A DNA stretch of 64,000 nt from Chiloscyllium plagiosum (Eukaryota), in contig NC_057734.1 of NCBI RefSeq assembly GCF_004010195.1, forward strand, positions 28,435,176 through 28,499,175, given 5' to 3'. Below the pieces are notes generated by a model, which saw nothing but the letters and a program-made list of their open reading frames with translations, was not told the DNA's origin and did no database searches. Positions 24,496-37,137 of the stretch are shown piece by piece. The position numbers were made by a program, and so were the translations under genes. The first letter of the stretch is position 1, and each line of letters begins with the position of its first letter.

Positions 24496-26379
24496 GTGCT
24501 TCCAATTAAACCTGTTGGACTATAACCTGGTGTTGTGTGATTTTTTTTAACTTTTTCAACCTTGATTTAGATGTTCTTATAGTCTAAACTGAAATGTGAA
24601 TGTTTTAAAGATCTGAAGTGTGATTGCCCTGGAGATGAAGGTTGTATGCACTGGGTAACATTAAGGACTGTGAGCAAAAGTGAAGTCAATGGGAATCAGG
24701 TGAAACTCTTCACAGAATGAATTGACACCTAACACAAAGGGAGGTGATTGTAGCTGTTAGAGACCAATCATCTACATCTCAGAGTATCACTGTCAGAGGT
24801 CCAGGCTCAACTGCTGCTTCATCAATGACACTCCCTGCAACAGAAGGTAAGAAGTGAAGATGTTTGTTGATGACTGCAAGATTTTCAGCACCATTTGTAA
24901 CTCTTCAGATACTGAACCTAAATTTGCCCATATGCAGCAAGCCCTAACAACATTCAGTCATGGGCTGATAAATGACAAGTAGCTTCACAAGTGCTAGGCA
25001 TCGACCATGTCCTGAAAGAGAAATCTAACCATTTTCAGTATAGTTATTAATCAATGAATCTGTCACCATGCACATCTTATGGTTTATAATTGACCAGAAA
25101 CTTACTTGAACCAGCCATGAACATAATATTGGGTCAGAGGCTGTGGATAGTCAACTCCCTACTGCACAAAGCCATTGAGAAGGTCTAAGTCAACTCTCCA
25201 CTTATCTGGATGAATGTAGCTTTAAAAACACAAACAAAGCTGAACATCATCCAGCAAAATGTAGGCTGCTTGATCAGCACTCTAGTTAACAACTTAAACA
25301 TTCACTCCCTACACACCCAGCACAGAGCAACAGCACTGCACACCTCTACAAAATGCACTACGGCAACTCACTATGCCTTGCTTGAGAGCTGCTTCCAACC
25401 CCACAACCTTCATCCAGCACAAAGGTAGCAGCTGGTTGGAAGCACCATGATCTGCATGTTCCCATCCCAACCCCAAGTCATGCACCTTCCTGGTTTGGAA
25501 CAACATTGCCATTCCTTCATTGTCACTGAGTCAAGAATGTGTAACACCACCCCAAACAGCCATATTGAAAGCCTGACACCATATGGACAGCAATGGTTCA
25601 AGAGAATGCTCAGAACCATTAACTCAAAAGCAATTAGGGATGGGCATCAATGCCTTTCTACAGGGATCAAATAGGAATGTGAGACTGACAGAGAGCTGGA
25701 AAGGACATGATGGGCCAAATATCTTGTGACTGACATTAATCCTATGAAAGATTAAAAAAAAAGATGGTCAACAATTAAGATTTAACCATGTCATGGCCTC
25801 ATCAAACATCCACAGTAAATAATCAATGGATAGTGCATTTGCCAAATAAATCATCAGCCATGTTGTGAACACTTCAAAAAAATACTGAATACAATATCCA
25901 AAATTGTTAGCAATAACCTGGGAGAGTTACATGGAATTAAACACTGAGCGACACACTGGCCTCAAGTTAAATTAAATATGCCATGCTTTATAACTGAAGA
26001 AAATTGATCAAAGTTCTGATATGTGTTCATCTTACAATTAGCAGCTTGAATATATATTCACAGTTTATCAGGAAAACAAGCTTTTTGAAAGTAAATGTTG
26101 ATTTTGGAACAAGAAAAGAAATAATTGCAAGCTAGTGTAAGAACAATTAACAGTATGACAGCTGATTTCAATGGAGCAGACACTGGAACTGAGCCAGATC
26201 AATTAGAACCAAAGGGTCATGGGAGACAGGCAGCAAATACAATTCAGAAGCAGGCTGAACACAAAAAGTTTAAAATGGAGGAGAAAAAAAGAAAAGAGGA
26301 GAAACAAAGAGAGATTATGAAAAGAGACTGGCAACTAACATAAAGGAAATCCCAAAGTTTTCTAAAGCCATATGAATAA

Positions 26380-26580
26380 GAATGTAAGGACTAGGAGCAG
26401 GAGTAAAGCAATTCAGTCCCACAAACCTGCTCCAGTATTCATTACAATCAATGCTGATCCTATTTCAGCTTCACTTCTACTTTCCTGTCCACTCTCCAGA
26501 ATCCTTCAACCCATCCCAAAGTAAAAGTTTGGCTACCTCCCTGCATTCACTGCACTCCTGGGTAGTGAATTCCACAAATA
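26380..26580 (-). mobile_element. CR1 3' UTR fragment
   Basis: taaggactaggagcaggagtaaagcaattcagtccc...gggtagtgaattccaca; similar to 37265-37430. Confidence 0.6.
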
Positions 26581-27771
26581 ATAATAATAAATAATGTGTG
26601 GCGAAAAGAGAAGTAGGTTTGATTAAGGGTCAAAATGAGAATACACACATAGCAGCACAGAGTGTGGCTGAGGTATGAAATTAATGCTTTGCATCTGTTT
26701 TTTTTTAACCAAGGAAGCAGATGCTGTGTGATAGAGGAGGAAATTCAGTCATTAAAAAGCTTCAAAACTGATAAGAAGGTGAAATTGGTTTGACAAGGCA
26801 TCAGGACCATGTGAGATGCATCCCAGGTTACTAGGGAGGTAAGAGTACAAATTGCAGAATCACAGGCCATATTTTTTTCATTGTTCCTTGGACTCAGTGT
26901 GAGAACTGGAAAGTTGCAAAAGTTGTCCCCTAGTCTCAAAAGGTGCTTGTATAAGCCAAAAAACTACACACAAGTCAGTTTAATTTTGGTGATGAGCAAA
27001 CTTCTAGAAACAATATTTTGGGATAGAATTTACAATCATATGGATAACGTTCATTAATAAGGGAAAGTCAGTGTGGGTTTTTTTAAGGGAAAACCACGTT
27101 TAACTTAATTGCTGAAGTTTTTTTCAAGAGCTAACAGAATAGGTAATATTGTCATGCACTGTGGCTAAAGATGAACTGCTGGATATACTGTGCCTATATT
27201 TCCTATAGGAATTTGGTAAGGTGCTCCTTCAAAACTTATTGTGGAAAATGAGAACTCATGCTGTAAGCGATAACATCTTGGCTAGAGAATTTGGTAACAA
27301 ACAGGAAACACTTGGCATAAAAATGGATCACTTTCTACTTAGCAAGATGCAATGGGTGCCACAGGATTTAGTGCCAACCTTTTACAATTTTTATCAATGA
27401 TGTAAATGAAGAGACTGAAGGTATGCTGTTAAATTTTCTGATGAATCAAAGGTAGATAGGAAAGTAAGCTTTGAAGGGAAAGGAAATTGCAAAGAGATAT
27501 AGATCGGTGAAGTGAATGGGCAAAGATCTAGAAAATAGACAAAAATGTACAAAATACAGAATTATCTATTTTGATATGAAAAATAAAAAAAAGTTATCTA
27601 AGTGGTGAGAGATTACAGAGTACTGCGATTCTGAGACGTGTTGGTGTCCTAGTGCATGAGTTGCAAAATAGTTAGTATGAACGACAGCAAGTAACTGGGA
27701 AAGTTATGTTTCCATTCTTTTAAAAATCACACAACACAAGGTTATAGTTCAACAGGTTTATTTGGAAGCAC

Positions 27772-27800
27772 TAGCTTTCAGAGCACTGCTCCTTCATCAG
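27772..27800 (-). ncRNA. Minimal hammerhead ribozyme motif (family B)
   Basis: CTGATGA A GGAGC agt GCTCT GAAA GCTA. Confidence 0.7.
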
Positions 27801-27832
27801 GTGGTTGTGGAGTATAAGATCATAAGGACCAC

Positions 27833-27861
27833 CTGATGAAGGAGAAGCGCTCTGAAAGCTA
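27833..27861 (+). ncRNA. Minimal hammerhead ribozyme motif (family B)
   Basis: CTGATGA A GGAG aagcg CTCT GAAA GCTA. Confidence 0.65.
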
Positions 27862-28039
27862 GTGCTTCAAAATAAATCTATTGGACTATAACCTGGCATT
27901 GTGCGATTTTTACATTTGTACACCCCAGTCCAACACCGGCCCTCCACATCACGATAATCATTCATTGGCAGGGAACATCATACACAAATGTCACGGGTTT
28001 ATGCTTTAGCCATGCAGGGCATCAGTGAGGCCACATCAT

Positions 28040-28248
28040 CTGTTTAGCTCACTTGGCTGGGTGCTTGATTTGCAAAGCAGTGTGATGCCAACAGTGTGGG
28101 TTCAATTCCCAACTCCAGCTGAGGTTACTGCGAAGGACTCTCCTTCTCAACCTCTCTCCTCACCTGAGATATGGTGGTTCTCAGATTCAATCACTACAGT
28201 CATCTCTCTCTAATGAGAGAGCAGCCTTATGGTCTAGTAAGACTATGG
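28040..28248 (+). mobile_element. tRNA-headed SINE (second family)
   Basis: gtttagctcacttggc...gggttcaattcc; homologous to 21050-21248. Confidence 0.75.
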
Positions 28249-28249
28249 G

Positions 28250-28575
28250 TTATGGATAGGGTAAATTGACAAAGTCTTTTCCCTGGGATTAGGGAATCCA
28301 GAACTAGAGGCCATAGGTTTAGGGTGAGAGGGGAAAGATATAAAAGAGACTTAAGGGGCAACATGTATGGAATGAGCTGCCAGAGGAAGTGGTGGAGGCT
28401 GATACAATTGCAACATTTAAGAGGCATTTGGATGGGTATATGAATAGGAAGGGTTTGGAGGGATATGGGCCAGGTGCTGGCAAGTGGGACTAGATTGGGT
28501 TGGGATATCTGGTTGGCATGGATGGGTTGGACCGAAGGGTCTGTTTCCATGCTGTACATCTCTGTGACTCTATGA
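28250..28575 (+). mobile_element. CR1 LINE 3' fragment
   Basis: agaactagaggccataggtttagggtgagaggggaaagatataaaagagac...tgactctatgact. Confidence 0.9.
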
Positions 28576-29459
28576 CTTGACTGTATATAGTATGGGTCCT
28601 GTTAATTTAAAAAAAGGATATAGTATTAGAAGCTGTTTAGAGGAGATTTATCTAACTAATACTTGTAATGGGCAATTAATCTTATGAGGAAGGGTTGGAC
28701 AGACCAGGCTTGGATCCAGTTGATTGAAACATCCAAGATCCTGAGAGGTCCTGAAAGGGATATTTATTTTTGTGGGAGATTCTAGAATGGGGTTCACTGC
28801 TCAAAAATAAGGGGTTACCTATTGAAGACAGTGTTCAGCACCATTCGCGACTCCTCAGATACTGAAACAGTCTGTGCTCAAATGCAACGAGGTCTGAACA
28901 ATATCCAGGCTTGGGCTCACAAGTGGCAAGTAACATTTGCACTAGACAATGACCATTCCCAATAAGAGTCAACACCACCCCTTGACATACAATGGTATTG
29001 CCATCACTGAATGCCCCACTGTCAACATCCTTGAGGTCACCATTGACCAGAAACTCAACTGGACTCACCACATAAACACAAGAGCAGGTCAGAGACTTGG
29101 GATACTGCAATGAGTAACTCACCTTCTGACACCCTAAAGTCTATCCTACATGTACAAGACACAAGTCAAGAGTGTGATGGAATATTTACCACTTGCCTGG
29201 ATAGGTGCAGCTCCAACAACACTCAAGAAGCTTGACACCATCCAGGACAAAGCAACCTGCTTGATTGGCAACACATCTACACACATTCAGTCCCTCCAAC
29301 ACTGGCACTCAGTAGCAGCAGTGTGTACTACCTACAAGATGCACTGCAGCAATTCAAAGATCCTTAGACAGCACCTTCCAAACTCACGACCACTTCCATC
29401 TAGAAGGACAAGGGCAGCAGGTACTTGTGAACACCATCACCTGCAAGTTCCCCTCCAAG

Positions 29460-32037
29460 TTGAACACGTGGCAATAGGGATGGTGCAGGAGGGAGGGTTT
29501 TGGATTCGTGGATAATTGGGGCTCTTTCTGGGGTAGGTGGGACCTCTACAAGCAGGATGGTCTTCATCTGAACCAGAGGTGTACCAATATCCTGGGGGGC
29601 GGAATTCGCTAAGGCTATTGGGGTGGGTTTAAACTAATCCAGCAGGGGGATGGGAACCAAAATTGTAGCTCTAGTATAGAAAATGTTGAGATTAGGGAGG
29701 TCCAAAATCAAGTTTCAGGGATGCAAGGTGGCACCGGCAAGCAAGAAGTTGGTTTGAAGTGTGTCTACTTTAACGCCAGGAGCATCCGGAATAAAGTGGG
29801 TAAACTTGCAGCATGGGTTGGTACCTGGGACTTCAATGTTGTGGCCATTTCAGAGACATTGGTAGAGCATGGACAGGAATGGTTGTTGCAGGTCCCAGGA
29901 TTTAGATGTTTCAGTAAGAACAGAGAAGATGGTAAAAGAGGGGGAGGTGTGGCATTGTTGGTCAAGGACAGTATTGCAGTTGTTAGGGGATTCGTCAACT
30001 GAGGTAGTATGGGCTGAGGTTAGAAACAGGAAAGCAGAGATCACCTGTTGGGAGTTTTCTATAGGCCTCCGAATAGTTCCAGAGATGTAGAGGAAAGGAT
30101 AGCAAAGATGACTCTCGATAGGAGTGAGAGAGACAGGGTAGTTGTCATGAGGGACTTCAACTTTCCAAATATTGACTGGGAACACTATAGTATGAGTACT
30201 ATAGATGGGTCAGTTTTTGTCCGGTGTGTGCAGGAGGACTTCCTGACACAGTATGTAGACAGTCCAACAAGGGACGAAGCCACACTAGATTTGGTACTGG
30301 ATAACGAGCCCGGCCAGGTGTTAGATTTGGAAGTAGGTGAGCACTTTGGTGATAGCGATCATAATTCTGTTATGTTTACTTTAGTGATAGAAAGGGATAG
30401 GTGTATACCACTGGGCAGGAGTTAGAGCGGGGGGGAAAGGCAATTACGATGCGATTAGGCAAGATTTAGGAAGCATAGGATGGGGAAGGAAACTGCAGGG
30501 GATTGGCACATTAGAAATGTGGAGCTATTCAAGGAAAAGCTCCTGAGTGTCCAAGATAAGTGTGTACCTGTCAGGCAGGGAGGAAGCTGTAGAGCGCGGG
30601 AGCCTTGTTTTACAAAGGAAATGGAATCTCTGGTCAAGAAGAAGGCTTACGTTAGGATGAGATGTGAAGGCTCAGTTAGGGCACTTGAGGATTACAAGGT
30701 AGCCAGGAAAGACCTAAAGAGAGAGCTCAGAAGATCCAGGAGGAGACATGAGAAGTTGTTGGCGGATAGGATCAGGGTAAACCCTAAGGCTTTCTATAAG
30801 TATTTAAGGAATAAAAGAATGACGAGAGTAAGATTATGGCCAATCAAGGATAGTAGTGGTGAAGTTGTGTGTGGAGTCAGAGGAGATAGGGGAAGCACTA
30901 AATAAATACTTTTCGACAGCATTCACTCAAGAAAACTACAATGTTGTCGAGGAGAATACTGAGATACAGGCGACGAGACTAGGTGGGTTTGAGGTTCACA
31001 AGGAAGAGGTATTAGAAATCCTGCAGAGTGTGAAAATAGATAAGTCCCCTGGGCCAGATGGGATTTATCCTAGGATCCTCTGGGAAGCCAGGGAGGAGAT
31101 TGCCGAGCCTTTGACATTGATCTTTAAATCATCATTGTCGACAGGAATAGTGCCAGAAGACTGGAGGATAGCAAATGTAGCTCCCCTGTTCAAGAAGGGG
31201 AGTAGAGACAATNNNNNNNNNNNNNNNNNNNNNNNNNNNNNNNNNNNNNNNNNNNNNNNNNNNNNNNNNNNNNNNNNNNNNNNNNNNNNNNNNNNNNNNN
31301 NNNNNNNNNNNNNNNNNNNNNNNNNNNNNNNNNNNNNNNNNNNNNNNNNNNNNNNNNNNNNNNNNNNNNNNNNNNNNNNNNNNNNNNNNNNNNNNNNNNN
31401 NNNNNNNNNNNNNNNNNNNNNNNNNNNNNNNNNNNNNNNNNNNNNNNNNNNNNNNNNNNNNNNNNNNNNNNNNNNNNNNNNNNNNNNNNNNNNNNNNNNN
31501 NNNNNNNNNNNNNNNNNNNNNNNNNNNNNNNNNNNNNNNNNNNNNNNNNNNNNNNNNNNNNNNNNNNNNNNNNNNNNNNNNNNNNNNNNNNNNNNNNNNN
31601 NNNNNNNNNNNNNNNNNNNNNNNNNNNNNNNNNNNNNNNGAGGAAAGGCTGAGGGACTTGAGGCTGTTTTTGTTGTAGAGAAGAAGGTTGAGAGGTGACT
31701 TAATAGAGACATATAAGATAATCAGAGGGTTAGATAGGGTGGACAGGAAAAGCCTTTTTCCAAGTATGGTGACGGTGAGCACGAGGGGGCATAGCTTTAA
31801 ATTGAGGGGTGATAGATATAGAACAGATGTCAGAGGAAGCTTCTTTACTCAGAGAGTAGTAAGGGTATGGAATGCTTTGCCTGCAATGGTAGTAGATTCG
31901 CCAACTTTAAGTACATTTAAGTCGTCATTGGACAAGCATATGGAATAATGTAGGTTAGATGGGCTTCAGCTTGGTATGACAGGTTGGTGCAACATCGAGG
32001 GCTGAAGGGCCTGTACTGCGCTGTAATGTTCTATGTT
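29460..32037 (+). mobile_element. Long CR1 LINE: ORF1 esterase C-terminus, AP endonuclease, RT start and 3' end (frameshifted)
   Basis: RWDLYKQDGLHLN (SGNH-like); YFNARSIRNK, GVFYRPPNS, DFNFPNIDW, GDSDHN; KSPGPDGIYPRIL, WRIANVAPLFKKG; RGDLIETYKI. Confidence 0.95.
31213..31639. other. Assembly gap (N run)
   Basis: Continuous run of N. Confidence 1.
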
Positions 32038-33482
32038 AAGCCACTCACTACCCTGACTTGGAAATACACCGCTGTTCCTTCATAGTCATTGGGTCAAAAT
32101 CCTGGAATTCCCTCTGCACCGGCATTGGGGGTCAACCCACAACAAGTGGACTGTGGCAATTCAAGAAGGCAGTTCACCACCACCTTCTCAAGGGCAAATA
32201 GAGGTGGGCTATCAATGCTGGCCAGCCAGCGATGCCCAAGTCCCACAAATGAATAAAAAAAGACAGCACTGAAGAGAAATCGCATCTTACAGCCTTGCAA
32301 GACTTTGGAATGCTATTCCTCAAAAGGCGTGGAAGCAGAGTCTTTGAATATTTTTAAGGTAGAGGTAGATGGATTTTTGAATAGCAAGGGTGAAAGGTTA
32401 CCCTGAGTAGTTGGGAATGTGGAGTAATGAGATCAGCCATGATCTTATTCATTGGCACAGAAGGCTCGAGGGGTTGAGTGATCTACTCCTGCTCCTAATT
32501 AGTATTATCCTGTATTTGAATCCTTTCGTGACGGTATGTTGTTCAAAAGGCACAATGCTCCTATTTTCAGTCAATTACATGCATTATCATACTCAGTCTA
32601 AGCATTGTAAAGATATTTGCAAGCTTGCAGATTAAAGTGGGTGGCTAATTTGTGAAATTTGTTTAAAAGTTCCTTTAAGCTTCTGGAAGAAGTAGGCTCT
32701 AAATGAGGACATTATGCAGAGAATTCCTAAACATTTGGTATTTCTAGTCACAGTGTTCTTTGCACAGCTTTTAATAAAGGATTCATTTATGTTCAAATGT
32801 TTCATATCATTAAGGATGTAACTAAAAGGAAGAACACAGCAATATATTTATACGAATCAATGCAATACTTGACTGTCATTCTTTGACAGTAGATGGTACT
32901 CTAATCTATTCCTAACAAGCTGGTTTGGAGATTCAGTAATGGCAAGAAATCCCAGGAGAACCTGAAATTAAACCAGTTGCATTTACTCGCCAACGCTTTG
33001 GAAAATCCATAGGGCAGATTGAGATTTCCACTGCGCACACAACTGGTGACATTTTCATCCCAACTGATGGCGAGAGAGGATGGGGAGGGGTGAGTTAATG
33101 GTTTGGAAATGAATGTCTTTCTCCTGCCACCACAAACTCATAACTCAAATCAGGCCATCAACCAGGCTTCTGCAAAAGGCCAATGGGGCCTAACTAACAC
33201 AGTATGGCCTAATAACATCATTGGTGCTAATTGGGCAAGGTATGCAATGTGGGCTCTCACTGCAGGTCACCTAGAAGGAAAAATGAATAAAAACTGCAAA
33301 TGATACACACTAGTCCAATTTATCTAATATACTTCAAAATGCAGGTCCACTATGACCAGTACATTCATTCCTAATTATTACTGTTTGTTTCCCATGCGTC
33401 TGAGGCCAGACTGGAGGTGCAGATTGTCCAAAACAAGTGCTGAAGGCCCTTTTAGCATGTGTTGTGTGTCAAGGGGAGCAGG

Positions 33483-33821
33483 GAGAAAGTGACGACTGCA
33501 GATGCTGGAGACCAGAGTTGAAAAATGTAGTGCAGGAAAAACACAGCAGGCCAGGCAGCATCCTAGGAGCAGGAGAATCGACGTTTCGGGCATAAGGGCT
33601 TACATATTTTCTCTGTTTCCATGCTGGAGACCAGAGTTGAAAAATGTAGTGCAGGAAAAACACAGCAGGTCAGGCAGCATCCTAGGAGCAGGAGAATCAA
33701 CGTTTCGGGCATAAGGGCTTACATATTTTCTCTGTTTCCACCTGTCCTTCCTCATTTTATATTAACCTGAAAATTAAAAAAAATGATTGTAGTTGAATTA
33801 TACATTCTACATCTTTATTTC
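33483..33821. repeat. Tandemly duplicated family-A half element plus inverted copy of local DNA
   Basis: 119-bp period (33502/33621); 33721-33821 is the reverse complement of 34636-34737. Confidence 0.9.
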
Positions 33822-35496
33822 ACTAAAAAGCTGCCAGATGCTGCCAGACCTGAGTTTCTCCAGACATTTGACCAGCTATTGGCCAAGAGTTTATTGACAA
33901 ATGACCTGCCCGATAATGATCAGAAGAGCCTCCCTGTCACTTCCCAAAATGCTGAGTAGCCAATCCTGTCCTTCTCCCTGAGATGCCATTATTAATGGGG
34001 ATAATGTCTTAGTCTTATGACTCTGTACTAGACATGCACACTTAGCATTGCCACATGGAACTAAAATAACCCTGATATCAAAATTAAAGTACTGTCATTA
34101 AGACAAGATGTTCACCAAATTGCAATCTGAACAACTCACTGCCAATATCCACCACTCTGTAAACTGTAGTAATCTGACAGTTGTTTTGATATTAAAGGGG
34201 CATACTGTATTAGCGTAATGCTCTTCATTACTTAACTGAAAAAATACACCAATTGCATTTTAACAAATTCATATAATTTTAAAGATTGTCCAGTGATGAC
34301 AGACCACGCAGTTGAGGTCAACACCCTTTCAGTTTCTGAGGCAGCTCACTCAATTGTGCTGTACTGCTCAGCTCTCCCATTTCCTTATACTAAATTAATA
34401 ATATGTCTATGTTTGAACTCTCCAAGGTGTCATTGTTATACTAAGAATAATAGCCTGTGGGCATTTTCAGCCCATACAACAATCACAACATTCCCTCCTG
34501 CTAACAGCCTAATGCTGTGCCTTTAAGGATCATGTTCAACTTTCCAGTTGATAGTTAATTCACAATGTTACCAAGATAGTATCAATGTAAAACAACATTT
34601 AGTAAAAATATATTAGCTTACTGGTGCTTTTTGGGGAAATAAAGATGTAGAATGTATAATTCAACTACAATCATTTTTTTTTAATTTTCAGGTTAATATA
34701 AAATGAGGAAGGACAGGTGGAAACAGAGAAAATATGTCTATTGTCAAGAGATATGGCCAAGCACTGGAAAAATGGAAGCATCAATTAGTTTGACAATGTG
34801 ACAAGCTAAGAGCATTACCAGCAGCCTTGAACATGACTTCAGATATATTGCTCACCATGGATCTGGCTGGCAGTCGTTTTGAGTAGTCAAATAATAGAGC
34901 AAGGAATAAAAAAACCCTGCACCTACCTTAGATCCTGAAGCTTCTGTTCTCTACCACCAGCACAAGGTGAATTTCTGAAGCCTTAACATTTATTGTTCTT
35001 TAACATTTAAGTGACAAGTGTTTTGAGTTAGATTTGCAAACTTGCCGCATATTCATGAAAACTTCTCAGTGAAACTCAAAATAAAATGTTGCACAGACTG
35101 TGAAGATAAATGGGTTCAAAGAAAGCCTTAGCTCAAGTCCCATTGATTCCCTTTTCAAGTGCATACAACACAGCACTTTTATAGAAAATCAATGGGAATT
35201 TCACTGTGTTTAATTGGAAAATTGGAAGCATAGTCCTTAGCCTCATGTAAAATCTTTCCAATAAGTGTTTCAGTTAGCAATACAATAGCCCCTGGTTCAC
35301 CTTTCAGATGAACATAAAAAGTGTGCTCCTATGTTCAGTTTACATTTGTACTGATTTATAAAATCTAATGTTAGGTAATAATGCAGTTTTATTTGAGCCA
35401 AATCTTGTTGGGGAAGTTAGAACTGTGCTAACCCTTAGTTGGACCTGTCTCAATACAGCTTAGTTTGAATAGAATTTGTATAGTAACTGCAATGAT

Positions 35497-35711
35497 TGTA
35501 TTGAGTCAGCCAGGTGGACCTCGCAGAATAGGAGTTCCCTGATTGAGGCTGTTAATCTGGCCTGATCAGGGAGCCCTGGCTGACAGATATAAACAGGAGT
35601 ATGAGATATCCTGCTCACTCTGAGAGCTGGCTATGAGGCAGTTAGATCAATGCCAAGGATAAATAAAGGGTGATTTGGTGACGGGATACCATCCTCTGTG
35701 GAGTCATTTCC
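35497..35711 (+). mobile_element. Short solo LTR
   Basis: TG start, gatataaa, aataaa, end gagtcatttcc; homologous to 59927-60094, which ends in ttattTCA. Confidence 0.65.
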
Positions 35712-37007
35712 GTTACTTTCTAGAGGTTTGAGCTGATAATGATGTGGCAAGGCCAATGGGAGTTCTGGGACCTTAGTGAATGGAGAGTCCAACAGTGTAC
35801 CTTAATGAACATGATTTATGAATTAAGGCAGAAACAGGGAACCAGAAGAGAAGGACTGTGACTTCGAGTCAGATACAGCAAGATAAATAAAGCGAGGAAA
35901 AGAAAATGTTCACCAGGAAAGATAGAAACAAAAAACAACTGGCAAGTTAAAATTAAGAGAAAAAAATGTGTTAAACATGAAGTACATAAAATCTTTAAGA
36001 TGTATTTACTGCAGGTTGAGTCTGAATAGTTTAAATAATTCCCTTTCTAGGCATGTGAGACATAATGGCATTGCATAAACAATTATCTCACCAATAAAAT
36101 GGTGACCACATCATTAATTCTTAATATTAACTTTTTGCAGCAGCTCTAAGAGGAAATTAATGTGTAAATCAAGCAAGTTCTTAAGAATAATTAGGAGGTG
36201 AAGTCGCCATTTGTACATATCAGTACATATCAGCATATGTCAACCAACAAAGTTGGGAGATTCTCAGTTCATGACATTTCTCTCCTTCCCCTGAATACAC
36301 TGGCCAATCTCTGCAGTAATAACAGCATGAATTAATGTTATTTTTCCAGGAAGATTTGGCCATTAGGGTTCATGGGATATCAACTGGGATGCTCTTTGGC
36401 AAAAAGCTGGCAGAATAACTTGGGAGATGTTGTGTTTTAATTTGACTGTTCACCCTACTAGAGTCATCCAGTGAATTATTACCCAACTCCAGCTGGCCAA
36501 TTATTAACACAGAATCCCTGATCATGAAAACTCACTCCTTTCATAAGAAATTACCCGGCCTCTGAAGTTGATGTTTCAACAATCATTGGTTAGGCTTCAT
36601 CATATGGGAAGAGAACAGCATAGCTGCCAGGTTGGTTGCCTCAAGTGTACCTAAAATTAGCCATCAGTGCTGAAAAGAGAGTGGAAATTACCACCTTATG
36701 GAAGATGAAAGCTAATCAATCCTTATTCTTTCAAATCCACAGACAGATCTTTAATGAAAAAACATCATTTCATTCTGCAACAGCATTGACAGCCAAAAGG
36801 GGATCTCATAAAACCCAAAGATATGTAAGCCAAAGAAATGAATACGAGAAGGAATTTCCCAACTAACGTAAAGGAGGAAGTGTATGGTTGGTTTGTCTCT
36901 CTTGTACAGTCCTGTCCATGGCCAAGGTGGGTCCTTGAAAAGAACCACACGGTGTCCGTCAGTATATTTGAGGCTTTCTGTGCCTGATTGCCACTGAATG
37001 GCATTGT

Positions 37008-37137
37008 AGTGAATGTGAATACTGCAGATGCTGGAAATTAGAGGCGAGAGAGTGGTACTGGAAAAGCACAGCAGGTCAGGCAGCATCCGAGGAGCAGGAA
37101 AATTGACCTTTTTGGCAAAAGCCCTTAATCAAGAATA
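37008..37137 (-). mobile_element. Family-A Penelope-derived monomer with decayed hammerhead
   Basis: 17-bp TSD ccactgaatggcattgt at 36991-37007 and 37138-37154. Confidence 0.85.

Larger units (their letters stand above)
24323..24553 (-). mobile_element. Fold-back Penelope-derived element, family B, with two hammerhead cores
   Basis: About 94-bp inverted arms around a gg spacer at 24457-24458; flanking tttttcaacc at 24312-24321 and 24552-24561. Confidence 0.9.
23050..25760 (+). mobile_element. LINE family 2, long decayed copy with SINE-like 5' region
   Basis: Colinear with 39100-42220 from the endonuclease start (ctaacatttgggactttgccaaatttgaggaagctg) through RT (MFVDD-like gatgtttgttgatgactgc) to the 3' tail. 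Confidence 0.75.
27720..27951 (+). mobile_element. Fold-back Penelope-derived element, family B
   Basis: Inverted arms with a spacer of about 23 nt plus tail caccccagtccaacaccggc. Confidence 0.85.
28832..32260 (+). mobile_element. LINE family 2 3' part, split by the CR1 at 29460-32037
   Basis: YKTQVKSVMEYLPLAWIGAAPTTLKKLDTIQDKA; breaks after cccctccaag (29459) and resumes aagccactcac at 32038. Confidence 0.85.
26345..32500 (+). mobile_element. Old CR1 LINE acting as host for nested insertions
   Basis: Decayed CR1 RT at about 26860-28831 resumes at 32261 after aagacag duplicated at 28825-28831 and 32260-32266. Confidence 0.7.

Noticed and set aside
30856-31782. Long ORFs of 215-280 aa
   Set aside because: Length is an artefact of the N gap; the real parts are CR1 ORF2 or its antisense
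36556-36650. Minus-strand exon candidate with AG/GT boundaries
   Set aside because: Stop codons in all three frames
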